Shown one piece after another: positions 25,686 through 38,788 of a stretch of 64,000 nucleotides of DNA (its first letter is position 1; each line of letters opens with the position of its first letter). This DNA is from Squalus acanthias (taxonomy: Eukaryota), in NCBI GenBank assembly GCA_030390025.1, contig CM059433.1, forward strand, positions 248,001-312,000, read 5' to 3'. The position numbers were made by a program, and so were the translations under genes. The notes under the pieces were generated by a model. That model was not told where the DNA came from and ran no database searches. It worked only from the letters and a program-made list of their open reading frames with translations.

Positions 25686-26638
25686 ATCTCTAAGTTTGCA
25701 GACGACACAAAGCTGGATGGGCGTGTGTGCTGTGAGGAGGATGCAGAGAAACTCCAGTATGATTTGGACAGGTTGGGTGATTGAGCAGATGCATGGCAGA
25801 TGCAGTATAATGTGGATAAATGCGAGGTTATCCACTTTGGTGGCAAAAACAGGAAGGCAGATTATTATCTGAACGGTAATAGATTGGGAAAAGGGGAAGG
25901 CAATGAGACCTGGGTGTCCTTGTGCACCAGTCGCTGAAGGTAAGCATGCAGGTGCAGCAGATGGTTAAGAAGACAAATGGTATGTTGGCATTCATAGTGA
26001 GAGGATTCGAGTACAGGAGCAAAGATGTCTTGCTGCAGTTGTACAGGGCCTTGGTGAGACCACACCTTGAGTATTGTGTGCAGTTTTGGTCGCCTTATCT
26101 GAGGAAGGATGTTCTTGCCATGGAGGGAGTGCAGCAAAGATTCACCAGACTGATACCTGGGATGGCAGGAATGACGTATGAAGAGAGATTGGGTCAATTG
26201 GGCTTGTATTCGCTAGAGTTTCGAAGAATGAGTGGGGATCTCATTGAAACTTATAAAATTCTAACAGGACTAGACAGACTAGATGCAGGAAGGATGTTCC
26301 CAATGGCGGGGGTGTCCAGAACCAGGGGTCACAGTCTAAAGATAAGGGGTAAGCTATTTAGGACTGAGATGAGGAGGAATTTCTTCACCCAGAGAGTGGT
26401 GAACCTGTGGAATTCTCTACCACAGAAGACAGTTGAGTCCAATTCATTAAATATATTCAAGAAGGAGTTAGATATATTTCTTAAGGCTAAGGTGATCAAG
26501 GGATATGGGGAGAAAGCAGGGACAGGGTACTGAATTTGGATGATCAGCCATGATCGCATTGAATGGCGGAGCAGGCTCGAGTGGCCGAATGGACTACTCC
26601 TGCCCCTATCTTCAATGTTTCTATGTTTCTATGTTTCT
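25686..26638 (+). mobile_element. CR1 LINE 3' fragment
   Basis: KFADDTK region plus ORF 25922-26533; (ATGTTTCT)n tail; same subfamily as 1089-4790. Confidence 0.93.
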
Positions 26639-27183
26639 ACCGCCCTCCCTCAGCTGATGAATCAGGACTCCTCCATGTTGAACATCACTTGGAAGAAGCA
26701 CTGAGGATAGCAAGGGCACAGAATGTACTCTAAGTGGGGGACTCCAATGTCTATCACCAAGAGTGGCTCAGTAGCACCACTACTGACCGAGCTGGTCGAG
26801 TCCTGAAGGACATGGCTGCCAGACTGGGTCTGCAGCAGATGGCGAGAGAACCAACACAAGGGAAAAACTTACTTGACATTGTCCGCACCAATCTACCTGT
26901 CACATGCATCAGTCCATGACAGTATTGGTAGAAGTGACCACCACACAGTCCTTGTGGAGGCGAAGTCCCATCCTCACACTGAGGACACTCCCATCATGTT
27001 ATGTGGCATACCACTGTGCTAAATGGGATAGATTTAGAACAGATCTAGCAGCGCAAAACTGGGCATCCATGAGGCGCTGTGGGCCATCAGCAGCAGCAGA
27101 ATTGTATTCCACCACAATCTGTAACCTCAAGGCCCGGCATATGCCTTACTCTACCATTACCATCAAGCCAGGAGACCAACCTT
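26638..27183 (+). mobile_element. LINE family B endonuclease fragment
   Basis: YRPPSADES, VGDSNVYH, SDHH, WASMRRCGPSAAAELYSTTICNL. Confidence 0.85.
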
Positions 27184-28503
27184 GAGGCACACTAGACTGG
27201 CGCAGTATGAAGGAGTCATGGCAACTGCCAGGGTACTTGGCACAAACATGTAAAATTTCCTTCTTGTGGTCATACACCAGCTGCACATTGAGGGAGTGGA
27301 AGCCCTTGCGGTTGACAAAAATACCTGGATTGTGATGGGGTGCCTTAAGGGCCATATATGTGCAGTCAACAATGCCCTGCACCCTTGGAAAGCCTCCCAG
27401 ATTAGCAAATCCAACCGCACATGTGGTTACACTTGCTAGATCCTTGGAGAAGTTGACGTAATTGTGCGCGATGGCAAAGAGGGCATTGGTTACCTGCGTG
27501 ATGCAAGTGTGTGCGGCCTCCTGGGAGACGCCGCTGATGTCTGCTGTTAATCCCTGGAATGAGCCTGAAGCAAAAAAGTTGAGTGCGGTGGTGACTTTGA
27601 CGGCCACTGGTAAGGGATGTCCACCCGCTCCTCTGGGCTCCAGCTCTTGCTGCAGCATTGCGCAGATGTCACCCACTACCTCTCGCGAAAGTCTGAGCCT
27701 CCTTTGGCACTGCTGCTCAGTCATGTTGAGGTAGCTCATCCTCTGTCTGTAAACCCTGTTTTGGGGGTATCTCCTGCGGCTACGTGCTTCCATGCGCTGG
27801 CGCCTTCTGGCCTGTGCAGCTTCAGGTGGTTGAGTAGCAGCTTGGAGCTCCTGTTGTTGCTCCTGCTGTTGGTGCTGCTGTTGTTCAGGGTTCTGCTGCT
27901 GCTGCGGCTGGTCTTCATCCGAATCTGATGTCCAGGAGGAAAGGAAATAAAAGGTTCCCATGCTTCTGGTATATACCTCAGTTGAGGAAGCGCTCAGTCA
28001 AGGTAGGGAGAGGGGTTTCCCAGGAGGTCACACTGGAGATGGGTCTCAGGCTCCAAACTTCCACAACAATGAGTAGGCCTGCTAAAAGTTCTCCCAGACC
28101 TGAAACAACAAAGTTCTGCCACCTGCAAATGATCATTGCTGAAAACTCCTTTTTAATGGTGGAGCTGCAGCTGTTAGTAAGCAGTCCACTTGTGAGGCCG
28201 CCAGGACTACCTGGCGTGTTCCAGAGGAGACATGTAGCACGGGGGAAATGTGTGAAATTCACAAAGGCCTCTCAAAATGGGATTACAGAGGCAATTAACT
28301 GGTTGTTAAGGGCCTTAAGGGCCTATCCCGCCTCTTGGAGGCGGGATGGAAACGGGGTCTGAAACCCCCATTTTGGGAAAATTGCTCGGAGGCGGCCTGG
28401 AGGCGGGATTGGATCTGCCCACCATTTTTTGCGATTTTAACATCTCACACGCCTCCAAACCCACCTCCAAACCCGCCTCCTCGGGCCTGGCAAAATCGAG
28501 CCC
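27184..28503 (-). mobile_element. Harbinger 5' half: TIR plus N-terminal transposase with poly-Gln
   Basis: ORF 27146-27961: [62 protein letters not shown]-like GGGCTCGATTTTGCC at 28489-28503. Truncated before the GDxGY motif. Confidence 0.9.
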
Positions 28504-28690
28504 CTCGAGTCTCTTCGCTGGGAGCAAGTGGAACCAAGCACAAATGGCGGAAGGAGCGCACATCAACTCAAGCACCCCACCCACCCACCCCTTCAACTAT
28601 CGTCTGCCCCACCTGTGACAGAGACTGTAGGTCCCTCATTGGACTCCTCAGTCACCTGAGAACTCATTTCTTGTTATCCTCGGTTCCGAG
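28504..28690 (+). mobile_element. RTE-like LINE 3' fragment with C2H2-type finger
   Basis: CPTCDRDCRSLIGLLSHLRTH. Confidence 0.7.
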
Positions 28691-28805
28691 GGGCTGCCGA
28701 AGAGAAGTGAGAATCGTAATGCTGGATGCTTCCTTGGAAGCACCCCAATCACAGTGTTTTAAGCTTTCAGTAGTGCTGCCTCACAAATGGCAAACCAAGA
28801 CAATC

Positions 28806-30120
28806 TGAAGGGATCATTACAAGTCCTAGCCCCTTAGGGCTACCCCGGATCAGGCGTATTCCCCAGATGTTCACTTTCAACTAAAGTTAGAGGTAGCCGA
28901 ATCCTAAAGATGCTTAATTGGGGCTAAAGGTACAGACTATCTCTCCCTAAAGGAAAGGAACAGTCTGAAGATGTTACCATCCTCCAGATAGCACTTTTAT
29001 TAAGTTTAGCTAGACTGTAACGTTCCGGATATTATGAGGGTCCGGAAAACTCCCTCAGAATTCTGCAAGTCCTCACCAAAGAGCATACAGAGTTTGAGTT
29101 TGCGAGTTTGATACAGAAGTACTATTTGAGACAATTCTAAAAATATATAGACTTATTAAAGAACTGACATGTAATTTACAGTTGGTGGTTCAATCGCAAC
29201 ATTAACAGTTCCAAATACAAAAATCTTACAATTCTATTATCAGAGATCCTTATTCTCAAATCTTAACTTTGTTACATTTTTACAGTTCTTAATCTATTCC
29301 AGGATATCCACCAAAATCAAATACAAGTACCTTGATCCCCGAGACTCAAAGAGTTGTAGACTTACAGAGCTTGCCTCTGAAGCCGAAAATCGCTTTGCCA
29401 CTTTACAGCGAACCTATCTTCCCATTTGAAAGTTCAATTTTTATACCCTTTCTCAGTGGTATTTCCTTTGAAGTTTTCTGCTGATGTAAGCTAATTATCT
29501 CTAGTCATTTTTCTGTTGACCCCTGCTATTTTTACAGTTAGTTCAGCTGGTAGCAAGCAGACTTGTGTCTCCTAGGTGTTCCAAGTTCAACACAAAAACA
29601 ATGTGATGGCTGGTGCCTCCCCCACTTGATGCCATTCTTACCAAGGTCTTCTGTTTGTATCTTTTTACGACGTATAAATTAAAAACACCTCAACCGGGTG
29701 CACCATTGTCTTCTTAGCTACCTCAACTGGTTGCATTAAGAATTATGTCTGCTTTGTAGGTGTCTCAAGCTTATCATAAAAAACGGAGTAACAGCTGTGG
29801 TTCTATTTGATGTCATTTTTACGAAGGCATATGTTTCTTTAATTTTCTGTGTTTCATTTGAAAGTGTTGGTTTAAGACACCTTAACAGGGTATACCATTG
29901 TGTTCTTTCCAAGGCTTCAGACTTTCAGGAACGTCCAACCTTCTGTTCCAACAAGGCTATTGTTTCAGTGTCAACAACTTATCTTATCTCAAAAGCCTGT
30001 ATGCTGTTTACAGCTTTTACATTGTTAAGGCTTTTAGATTTTCAAGCCCAGTTTGTCATGTTACAAAGGCCAGAATATTTCATAGAATGGTGTATTTTTT
30101 GAATATGGCATATTCCTTCA
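28806..30120 (-). mobile_element. Probable solo LTR, 1315 bp, reverse orientation
   Basis: Inverted ends TGAAGG...CCTTCA; imperfect TSD CAATC/CAAATC; reverse TATA (ttttata) at ~29440. Confidence 0.55.
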
Positions 30121-30419
30121 CAAATCAACAGCCATAGTAACCTGATTCAGTGCACCCACCAAAATGTCATCAATTGTAAGTGCAAGCAGTTTTGCATCTA
30201 CCATTGGAAATGACTTCATGGGCTTAGGGTCAAATGAGAGGTCCATGCAGAGCTATACCCTATGCTACAATGACCTGTGCAGTAGAGGGCTTGCACGGTG
30301 ACAGCACCAGCCAGCTATGGTCTGATAACAGTCTTCATGTCCTTCCAGGCATCCTGCAATGCTGACTTATGAAGGTGTCGCCATAGCTTGGCAAACAGAC
30401 CTTCCTCACAGCCACCTCA

Positions 30420-30660
30420 TGTAGCACCTCCTCCATTCCAGCACTTATCAAACTGGGAATAAAGTGCTCATGTGCCTTTAAAGATGTATGCACTAGAATG
30501 CCCAAATTTCTTTCTATCTCTACCTTCTTTAATACTTTTCCCTGAAGGGTGTATGAATGTTGAGTATGTGCCCTGCCCACATTGCATAACACTGCACTTA
30601 TCATTTGCCCAATCTCCCAACACATTAAGATCTGCTTGTCACTTATCTGCTGACTCATGT
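30420..30660 (-). mobile_element. Old CR1 fragment
   Basis: YTLQGKVLKKVEIERNLGILVHTSLK. Confidence 0.7.
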
Positions 30661-31112
30661 CTGCATTTTTAGTTTGCTTTCCTTTCATTCAGGCCTGTCA
30701 AGTTTGTGCCCTCTATCTCTTCAGTCTTGGAAAAGCCTGCAAGAGGATTGAGATGCTTTTTGAGCCTTTCCAAAGGCAGTAAGATTTTTTTATCCTCCTA
30801 TTTTGTCATTCTCCATTGAATTGTCCATATCTCTTTTAAGTTTTAGCAACACACAATTTTCACTCCTATTGCTTGGAGAGCTGTAAATAGTGACGCATAT
30901 ATGTTGACTCATGAAAATTGAGTGCTATTAGCACATTACAATTCTGGAAAGCTTTTCATAATTTCCTAACCATTTAGAACTGACTTAAACAGGTACATGA
31001 AAATTAGCTCCCTCATGTTCTCATTATTTGCAATGACATTGGCATAAAGTGACGCTTAACTCTTTTCTAAATCCCCAAAATTGCGATGATTCATCAATGC
31101 TATAAGTTTATT

Positions 31113-31956
31113 GGGCTGGATTTTGATACTGGGGATGGGATGGAGGCGGGACTCCCACTTTTTGGGTTGTAGTCCCGCCTTCATCGACTTGTGGCCAACC
31201 CACTGTATTTTCACTTGATTGACCTTGTTGAGCCCGCCCAGCAGGCTCAGCAGGCCAATTAAGGGCCACCCGGCAACAGGTGACGTCACAGATTGACATT
31301 TCATCTATCAAGAGCTTTTGACAGATGAAATATCAGCATTTGACAGCTCTTTGAAGCTGTCAAACACTGACAATCTGTACTCTAAGTTAATTCCTTCCTC
31401 TCAGGCTGATTTAGAGATCTCTGCAGAACAAAAAGCAGAGGCTGCAGCTTTTGACAGCTCAACGGCCATTCTGCTTTCTGTGCCGGTGAGATTTCTGACT
31501 CCCGAGACCTGAAGGGCTGACACCTGCAGGAGGAAGTTAAGGTAAGTAAAACTTTTTTCCACACTTTATTCTTACCTTACACACTTACCTCTGCACACAT
31601 GCACCCATCACTCAACTGCCCACTGGACATATCGACCCCTCCAACCCCTGCAGACCCACGGACCGCCTCGCTGAAACGGCATGGTTAGGACCTGTCGGAG
31701 AGCCCACATTTCAGGCATAAAAATAGGGATTAGGCAAAAAACTGCCTGTTAACTACCTGTTAACAGGCAGTTTATTGTCACTAATCCCCTTCCCGCCTCG
31801 GGGAGGCGGGTCCCAGCACAGGTCAGGTACCCGCCTCTAGCGAAACTGCCATGGAGGCGAGTTGGGGGCGGGATGGGTTCGGGACCCCCGAATCTGCAAT
31901 TTTAACCCCCCACACGCCTCCAAACCCGCCTCCACGGGTCAATGAAAATTCTGCCC
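31113..31956. mobile_element. Harbinger-type MITE, 844 bp
   Basis: TIRs GGGCTGGATTTT / AAAATTCTGCCC; 3-bp TSD ATT; right subterminal region resembles 28300-28503. Confidence 0.85.
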
Positions 31957-33479
31957 ATTGTATTTGTCCTCCAGGACTGGAAAAATTCCAGTCATCAATT
32001 CATCCTGGGAAGTTAATTTCCACCTCTACTGAGCTGAGCAAAAGAGACACTCACCGGCTGGCTAGCAACCTCCATACAGTTATATTCGATTATTCATGGC
32101 TGTTGATGTCCTTCCATAACCTAATAACTAGCTTTTCATTTTTAACGAATTAATATTTTGTTCCTCTTCAGGTTTAATGCCTAGTGGTCAAAGTTCAAGA
32201 ATAGATCTGGGGGAGTAAAATGTTAGATGAAATCAAAATGAGTTCTACATGCCAAGTGCTGAGTAACATTGAAAACATTTTCCAGCACTGATATCTGCGC
32301 AAAGTGCACTGACACATTTGATATTCTTATCTCCATATTAGGTAATGATAGCCAACATTACCTACACTGCTTACGCTGAGAATATTACAAGGCAGTAAGT
32401 TGGACATATGGTGAATATCTTTTACTTAAAGGAGCTACATGCCTTAATTTGGCATTGTGAGCAAGGGAATCATTTACATTGTGACTCTATTCCTAACAAT
32501 CTGTCAAGTAAAAATGTGCATATGTAAAATGTTTAAAAAAAATTAATAAGCAAATGCTCCAAGTTAACACTCTACAATGGCTTTAATCTCCTGTGATGTG
32601 AAAATAGCTCCAAACAGACATCTTGTAAAAAAAAATCACTGCTAACTTTTTTGTTCTTGGGATGTAAGTGTTCCTGGCAAGGCCCAGGTCACGTTTTGGG
32701 AATTTTATTGACCAATTTAACACAGAAAGGATTTGGAAAATGAATTACTTTTAATGTTGTGTTTTTAAAAGGCATAGGAAGTTCTGTGGGATCTGCCACT
32801 CATTCAACTTTAGCAGATGTGCTGAGGAAACTCTGATTTGAATCTAATTCACCATCCTTCTCCGTCTTTCCTCTGTTCCTTTTTCAATCCTTAAATCTCA
32901 TTGGTTAAAGAGATATGTGTTAGTCCCACTGTTCACTGAGGTCCCAGATACCCTGTTGCCCTCACTGCACCATTATAAGCTCGCACTTCCAGAAATTATG
33001 GCGCAAAGAAATTTTGAGCTAAAGGGTGCAGGAAAAACTCTAACTTACGGCGTACACCGCAAGATCCCCCACACCAGCAAAATCTGGGCCAATATATCGA
33101 CAGTAATATGCAAGCTGTATTTTTAAGAAATAATAACATTAGGAGGGTGAGCCTACCCAAAAGAGTCACTGTGCAAAGGGGAGCAAATAGAAGGAAATTA
33201 CATTGGGGAAATAAACACTGAGTTAGTGGAATACAAGATCAACTCCTAATCTTCATACTTCAAAGCATCAAACAGTATTGTATATTCTTTTACAAAACAA
33301 ACTGGCTGACATTACTGCTGTCTGTATTCATACCAATAAATTTGGATAATGAAGATGTCAGTTTGAGTGATGTTTATATCTTGTTAATTTCTGAGTTGGA
33401 CATGGGTTTCCTGAATTTTCAGGATTTCTTCAGACCACTGTTGTAGATGCTTGGCCAAGTAATAAAGCCAATGCCCTGA

Positions 33480-33700
33480 AATGCATTATATCCATTGTCT
33501 GCCCTGTCTTCAAATGCTCAGAATAGAAATCTGTGCAGCTAGCTCTGATAAATGGCCCCTCTCACTTTTTAAGATGTGGCCTAACTGTTGCCTTTGGCTT
33601 GTTTTACTGTCTGCAATGTCCTCCTTGAGCTTCATGATTTGAACAACATCTTTTAGATCAGAGAGCTCAAAGAGAAGTTGTTTCTCTGTTCACCCTGTTT
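33480..33700 (-). mobile_element. Ancient RTE-like LINE remnant
   Basis: Minus frame LKDVVQIMKLK..RQQLGHILK loosely resembles the RTE 'WLGHV' C-terminal motif. Confidence 0.35.
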
Positions 33701-33942
33701 GCATTCTGTCCTTTACAAATGTAACACAGAATAATTTTGAGTAGAGTGAGCATTAGTCTAAGTACACGCTCATAGAAGTGACATTTTATGAAAAATCATA
33801 ATCAATATAAATGTTCCGTGGAATGATGATTCCGATTACATTATCTATGGGAGAGCTTCTCCTTTTACTTTCCAGTTATACTTGGGATAGCAACTAGCTC
33901 AAATAATTTACATTTAGAATTGCATTGACAGATTTGTAAGGT

Positions 33943-34240
33943 AAAACATAGAAACATAGAATCTAGGAGCAGGAGTAGGCCATTCGGCCCGTCGAGCCTG
34001 CTCCGCCATTCAATACGATCATGGCTGATCATCCAAATCTAGTACCCTGTCCCTGCTTTAATCCCCACAGTACACATATCCCACCCTACCCCCGTAACCC
34101 CACGTATTTAATTGCCCCTAACATATCCCATCCTATCCCCATAACCCCACATATTTAATCCCCCCTAACACTAAGGGTCAATTTATCATAGCCAAATCAA
34201 CCTAACCCACACATTTTTGGACTGTGGGAGGAAACCGGAG
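33943..34240 (-). mobile_element. HE1/V-SINE-like SINE, 5'-truncated, with CR1-derived 3' tail
   Basis: V-domain ctccggtttcctcccacagtccaaa..ggttaggttgatt..taaattgaccct on the - strand, joined to a CR1 3' UTR (33943-34058) nearly identical to 1089-1197. Confidence 0.8.
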
Positions 34241-34837
34241 GATTGATGGATGCAGTGTTCTCAGACCTGATCTTTTCCCAACTCATTTTATGTCAGAAAA
34301 AACATTAAACATTTTAGTTTCTGATGTCCCGTCAAAGATGTTAGAATCCAAAAACTAATAACATTGGAATATGATGATTTTTAAATTATGAATGACATAC
34401 AGACCATAAACTGATTAATTGATTTAGTTATTGAAAATATGCAAGTGATAGTGTAGAGGAATTTCCAATGTCGTAGAGATTATACTGGAATGTTCACAGG
34501 CTCAAAAATAATATAAAACTATTCATTCCTGTGTTACAATTGTCCTGTTTTGCATTCAATTTCCTTAAAGTTATAAAGTCTCAAAGAGTAATGCAACAAT
34601 TTGTTACCAAAATAGTTTACTTTTCTAAGCAATATTAGGAATTTGAATAAACAGAGTTTCTAAATAGCTGGGAATCAATATACATTGGTGTACTGCATGG
34701 AGTGGCAGTAGATGATTTTACCCCTGTGATCGCCCACATGATGTGCTCTAGCTGTGAAGCAAATCTTCTGAGGAAGGAGCCAAGTGAAACTGAATAGATT
34801 CCCCAGAGAGAGGGATAGAAAATCTGAAATTCACCAG

Positions 34838-35433
34838 GATCATAGAGGTTTGAGGCACAGAAGGAGGCCATTCGGCCCATTGTGTCTGTGCCGGCCGCAA
34901 AAGAGCTATCCATCCTAATCCCACTTTCCAGTTCTTGGTCCGTAGCCCTGTAGCTAACGGCACTTCAAGTACATATCGAAGTACTTTTTAAATGTGATGA
35001 GGGTTTCTGTCTCTACCACTCTTTCAGGCAGTGAATTCCAGACCCCACCACCCTCTGGGTGAAAAAAGTTCTCCTCAACTCCCCTCTAATCCTTCTGCCG
35101 ATTACTTTAAATCTATGCACCCCACCCCCACCCCCTCCGGCCCCCCCCCCCCCCCCCTGCCGGGTTATTGACGTCTCTGCTAAGAGAAATAGGTCCTTCC
35201 TATCCACCCTATCTATATAGGCCCCTCATAATTTTATACACCTCAATGAAATCTCTCCTCAGCCTCCTCTGTTCCAAAGAAAACAACCCCAGCCTGTCCA
35301 ATCTTTCCTCATGGCTAAAATTCTCCAGTCCTGGCAACATCCTCATAAATCTCCTCTGTACCCTCTCTAGTGCAATCACATCCTTCCTGAATGTGGTGAC
35401 CAGAACTGGACGCAGTGCTCTAGCTGTGACTAG
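34838..35433 (-). mobile_element. CR1 LINE 3' fragment with internal C-rich tract
   Basis: ORFs 35209-35448 and 35013-35207; poly-C insertion at ~35120-35160. Confidence 0.9.
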
Positions 35434-35534
35434 ATCCTCTTCTACCACTGATCAGCCAGTACAAAGTAGTGTTGATGGAGGCCCCACAACAGATTGTTTG
35501 TTTATTGTCTTGAGCGGGAATGGCAAAGGAATTA

Positions 35535-35632
35535 AGAACCGAATACACTGGAAATACATAGCAGGTCTATCAACATCTGAAAAGAGGAAAGATAGTTTAG
35601 CATTTCGGGTAGAAATGCTTCATCAGAACTCT
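35535..35632 (-). mobile_element. Penelope-like fragment with degenerate hammerhead motif
   Basis: Minus strand reads AGTT-CTGATGA-AG..C-GAAA-TGCTA-AACT. Confidence 0.5.
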
Positions 35633-36504
35633 AATGGCAAAGGGACCTGGGGTGGGGTGGATGGGGGGAAGAATAACTTAAACTAAGGATAGTACTGATA
35701 ATAATTTTGCTTCTGGCTCATTGGCTAGAGGGAGCTAATTCTAGAGAAACCAATGTCAGCATCAACGTTAAACATGATTAGTGAGTGTCCTGTACCTAAT
35801 CTGAAAAAAGTTTTCCTTGCAAAGGCCAACATTTTTGATTTAAAATGCTTTTAGAAAATTTTTGAGGCATTTATGAGAAACTGGGACATTAGGCAACGCT
35901 TGGTTATAAATACGATAGTGTTATATATAAGGACCTGCTTTAGATATCTTCTCCGATTCAGTGCCATCAGTCGTTCCTGTAAGCAAATTCCACATCCCTG
36001 ATGTTCTAAAGTTAGCTCACTGTTGCCAATACAGTAACGTAACCCAGCAAATATAACAATGTGCTCTCCCTTGATATACAAACTGGATATTCATGTATTT
36101 CATGTTTGTCCTAATATTTGATTCTCCAATCTTTCAAGAAATGGATTCTTTGGGCTAGAAATTCATTATAGCCAAGAAATAGGTGGTGTTCAGACTAAAA
36201 ATGGTTAAGTAGCGCCAGTTGAAAATCATCTAGACTGCACGCAAAATTCAGCCTCACTCTTCATTAAAATGATTGCAGTCATGATTCTCATCTAAAAACC
36301 CAAGCTCATTGGCGTTACACTGAAAATATGGAACAATATCGGGGGCAGTCTAAACGCAAGTAATGATTGCCACAGGCTTTTTCCACTACTTAAGGGGGAG
36401 GTCCATTGATGCTGCAGCACCTCATTCTCAGCATTGTTGGGTGTGCAGCTGCCTCAACAACCTTAAGAAGGACAAAGAGAAGGGGCACTTATTTACAAAT
36501 GCTG

Positions 36505-36744
36505 ATGGCAGATCGCCAACCCAGGGAGAGAGCCCGGAGGTTTTCCGAGGAAGCTTTAGAGGCATTGGTTTTAGCGTTGGAGAGAAGGCAGGCGGTCCTG
36601 TACCAAACTGGCAGGAGGCCCTCACCACAAGTCTGCTGGACTATGTGGAGGGAGGTGGCACACCACCTCATGGGCAGCACTGTGGTCCCCTGGTCCCACA
36701 CCCAGTGCAGGAGGAAGTTTAACGAGCTCACATGGGTGGTCAGG
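36505..36744 (+). pseudogene. Harbinger Myb/SANT-like DNA-binding protein, exon 1
   Basis: MADRQPRERARRFSEEALEALV..WREVA..QCRRKFNEL followed by donor GTGAGT; downstream exons deleted. Confidence 0.85.
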
Positions 36745-37093
36745 GTGAGTGAAGGCTTCAACAAATGCTACATACCCCCATCTGTACCACAAGCTTGACA
36801 CACAGCTCAATACACCAAACCCCCAACACTCACCCACCAACAATCTCTACCTAGCAACACTCACACCTTGCACACAATGACAGCTATTCAACTATGGCAG
36901 GCACAATGGTCATTAGTTATTAGAATTCATGTGATATGTGTGATATGTTTATAGATAAATTTATTAATGGTGTTTGGAATATTTTGTGTTCTCTCTCATT
37001 TAACCTTTGCGCCCAGGAGGATGCTGTGATATGGCATGAGACAGGGATGGTATGATGGGGAATGTGGTGAGCAACGGGGATCTGGGGTTTCAT

Positions 37094-38255
37094 TCATTTG
37101 AAACGCAGTCTGATGAGTCGGTCACGGACAGCCCATTCGGAAGGCCAATTGTCTCACTGCCTCCTCCCTCCCTCCTCATCCTCCTCCTACTCGTGCTCTT
37201 CCTCCTTGTCCTCCTCCTCATCATCCTCCTTTGCCTCGTCCTCCTCTTGAGGTGGTCCCGCAATCTCTGCTGGCAAGGGCTGTGCCCTCATGATGGCCAA
37301 GTTGTGGAGCATGCAACAGACCACCACGAAATGGGACACCCACTCTGGTGAGTAATGGAGGGCTCCTCCTGAGCGGTCAAGGCAGCGAAACCATTGCTTC
37401 AATAAGCCGATAGTCTGCTCGATGATGTTCCTGGTGGCAGCATATCTCTCATTATATGAGTGCTGGGCAGAAGTGTTGGGGTTGTGGAGGGGCGTCCTGA
37501 GCCAGGTGGACAGCAGATAGCCCTTATCTCCAAGCAGCCACCCTCGAGCTTGATGTGGTGGCTGGAAGAGTGCTGGCACACCGGTCTGGTGCAGGATGAA
37601 GGCATCATGGCTGCTGCCAGGATAGCGGTCATTGACATTGAGGATTCGCTGTGTGTGGTCACACACCAACTGCACATTAAGTGAATGGTAGCCTATGCGG
37701 TTACGGAAGATCTCAGGATTGTTACGCGGTGCCTGCAAAGCCACATGGGTACAGTCGATGGCGCCCTGCACCATGGGGAAGCCCGCTATCCTGGCAAAGA
37801 CACATGCATGCTCATCCTGCTTCTCTCTGGTGATGGGGAACGAAATGCAGTCCCTTCTCCTGCTGTAGAGAGCCTCAGTGATCTCCCGGATGCAGCGCTG
37901 GACAGTGAATGTGAGACGTTAGCTATGTCCCTGTTGCAGACTGGAAGGATCCGCTGGCGAAAAAATTGAGGGCCACAGTGACCTTTCCTGCCACTGGGAG
38001 AGCCGTGGTTTTAGCGTTGGAGTTCTACGACCACCTCCTTGGTGAAGCGAAGCCTCCTAATACACCGCTCCTCGCTTAATTGAAGGTAGGAGAAGTGATG
38101 TCGGAAGACCCTAGGTTGATAAGGCCTCTTGTTGAGAGCCCTGATGGTCCTCCTCCTCCCTCTGCACACATGTTCCCGCATTTCTCGCTGCCTTTGTTCC
38201 CTCCGCTGTAGATCCTGGAGGGCGAGGTCCACTGCCAGTACAGGCTCCTCGATTT
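37094..38255 (-). pseudogene. Harbinger (HARBI1-family) DDE transposase, frameshifted
   Basis: GAIDCTH, YPGSSHDAF, LLGDKGY, IIEQTIG, CCMLHN and an acidic tail; N-terminus in a separate ORF (38011-38391). Confidence 0.92.
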
Positions 38256-38430
38256 TTAGCAAGTGTTGTACTTTGAAGCCTTTCAAAAATAATGAGGGAG
38301 TTTTGTACTTGCCAGAACACTCCCTGATACCAAAGAACCTTGAAATGACTACAGAAAACTCTTGCAGTAGCAGGAAGTAGCGCACAGCCACTCAAACTGC
38401 AAAACCCTGACAGGTGATTGGTGAGGATCC

Positions 38431-38788
38431 TAGATGAGGGGCCGAGATAGAGTGGACAGGAAGGACCTATTTCCCTTAGCAGAGGGGTCAACAACCGGGG
38501 GGCATAGATTTAAAGTAATTGGTAGGAGGTTTAGAGGGGATTTGAGGGGGAATTTCTTCACCCAGAGGGTGGATGGGGTCCCGAACTCACTGCCTGAAAA
38601 GGTGGTAGAGGCAGAAACCCTCACCACATTTAAAAAGTACTTGGATATGCACTTGAACTGCCGTCACCTACAGGGCTACGGACCAAGAGCTGGAAAGTGG
38701 GATTAGGCTGGATAGCTCTTTGTCCGCCGGCGTGGACACAATGGGCCGAAATGGCCTCCTTCTGTGCTGTAAATTTCTATGATTCTAT
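38431..38788 (+). mobile_element. CR1 LINE 3' fragment nested in Harbinger
   Basis: ORF 38434-38706; ATTCTATG tail; TSD GATCC at 38426-38430 and 38789-38793. Confidence 0.92.

Noticed and set aside
24623..26638. Twin-priming inversion of a single CR1
   Set aside because: The two opposite-strand pieces look like different subfamilies.
37110..37135. Hammerhead-like CTGATGAGTC..GAC
   Set aside because: No GAAA box follows; it is the antisense of transposase codons.
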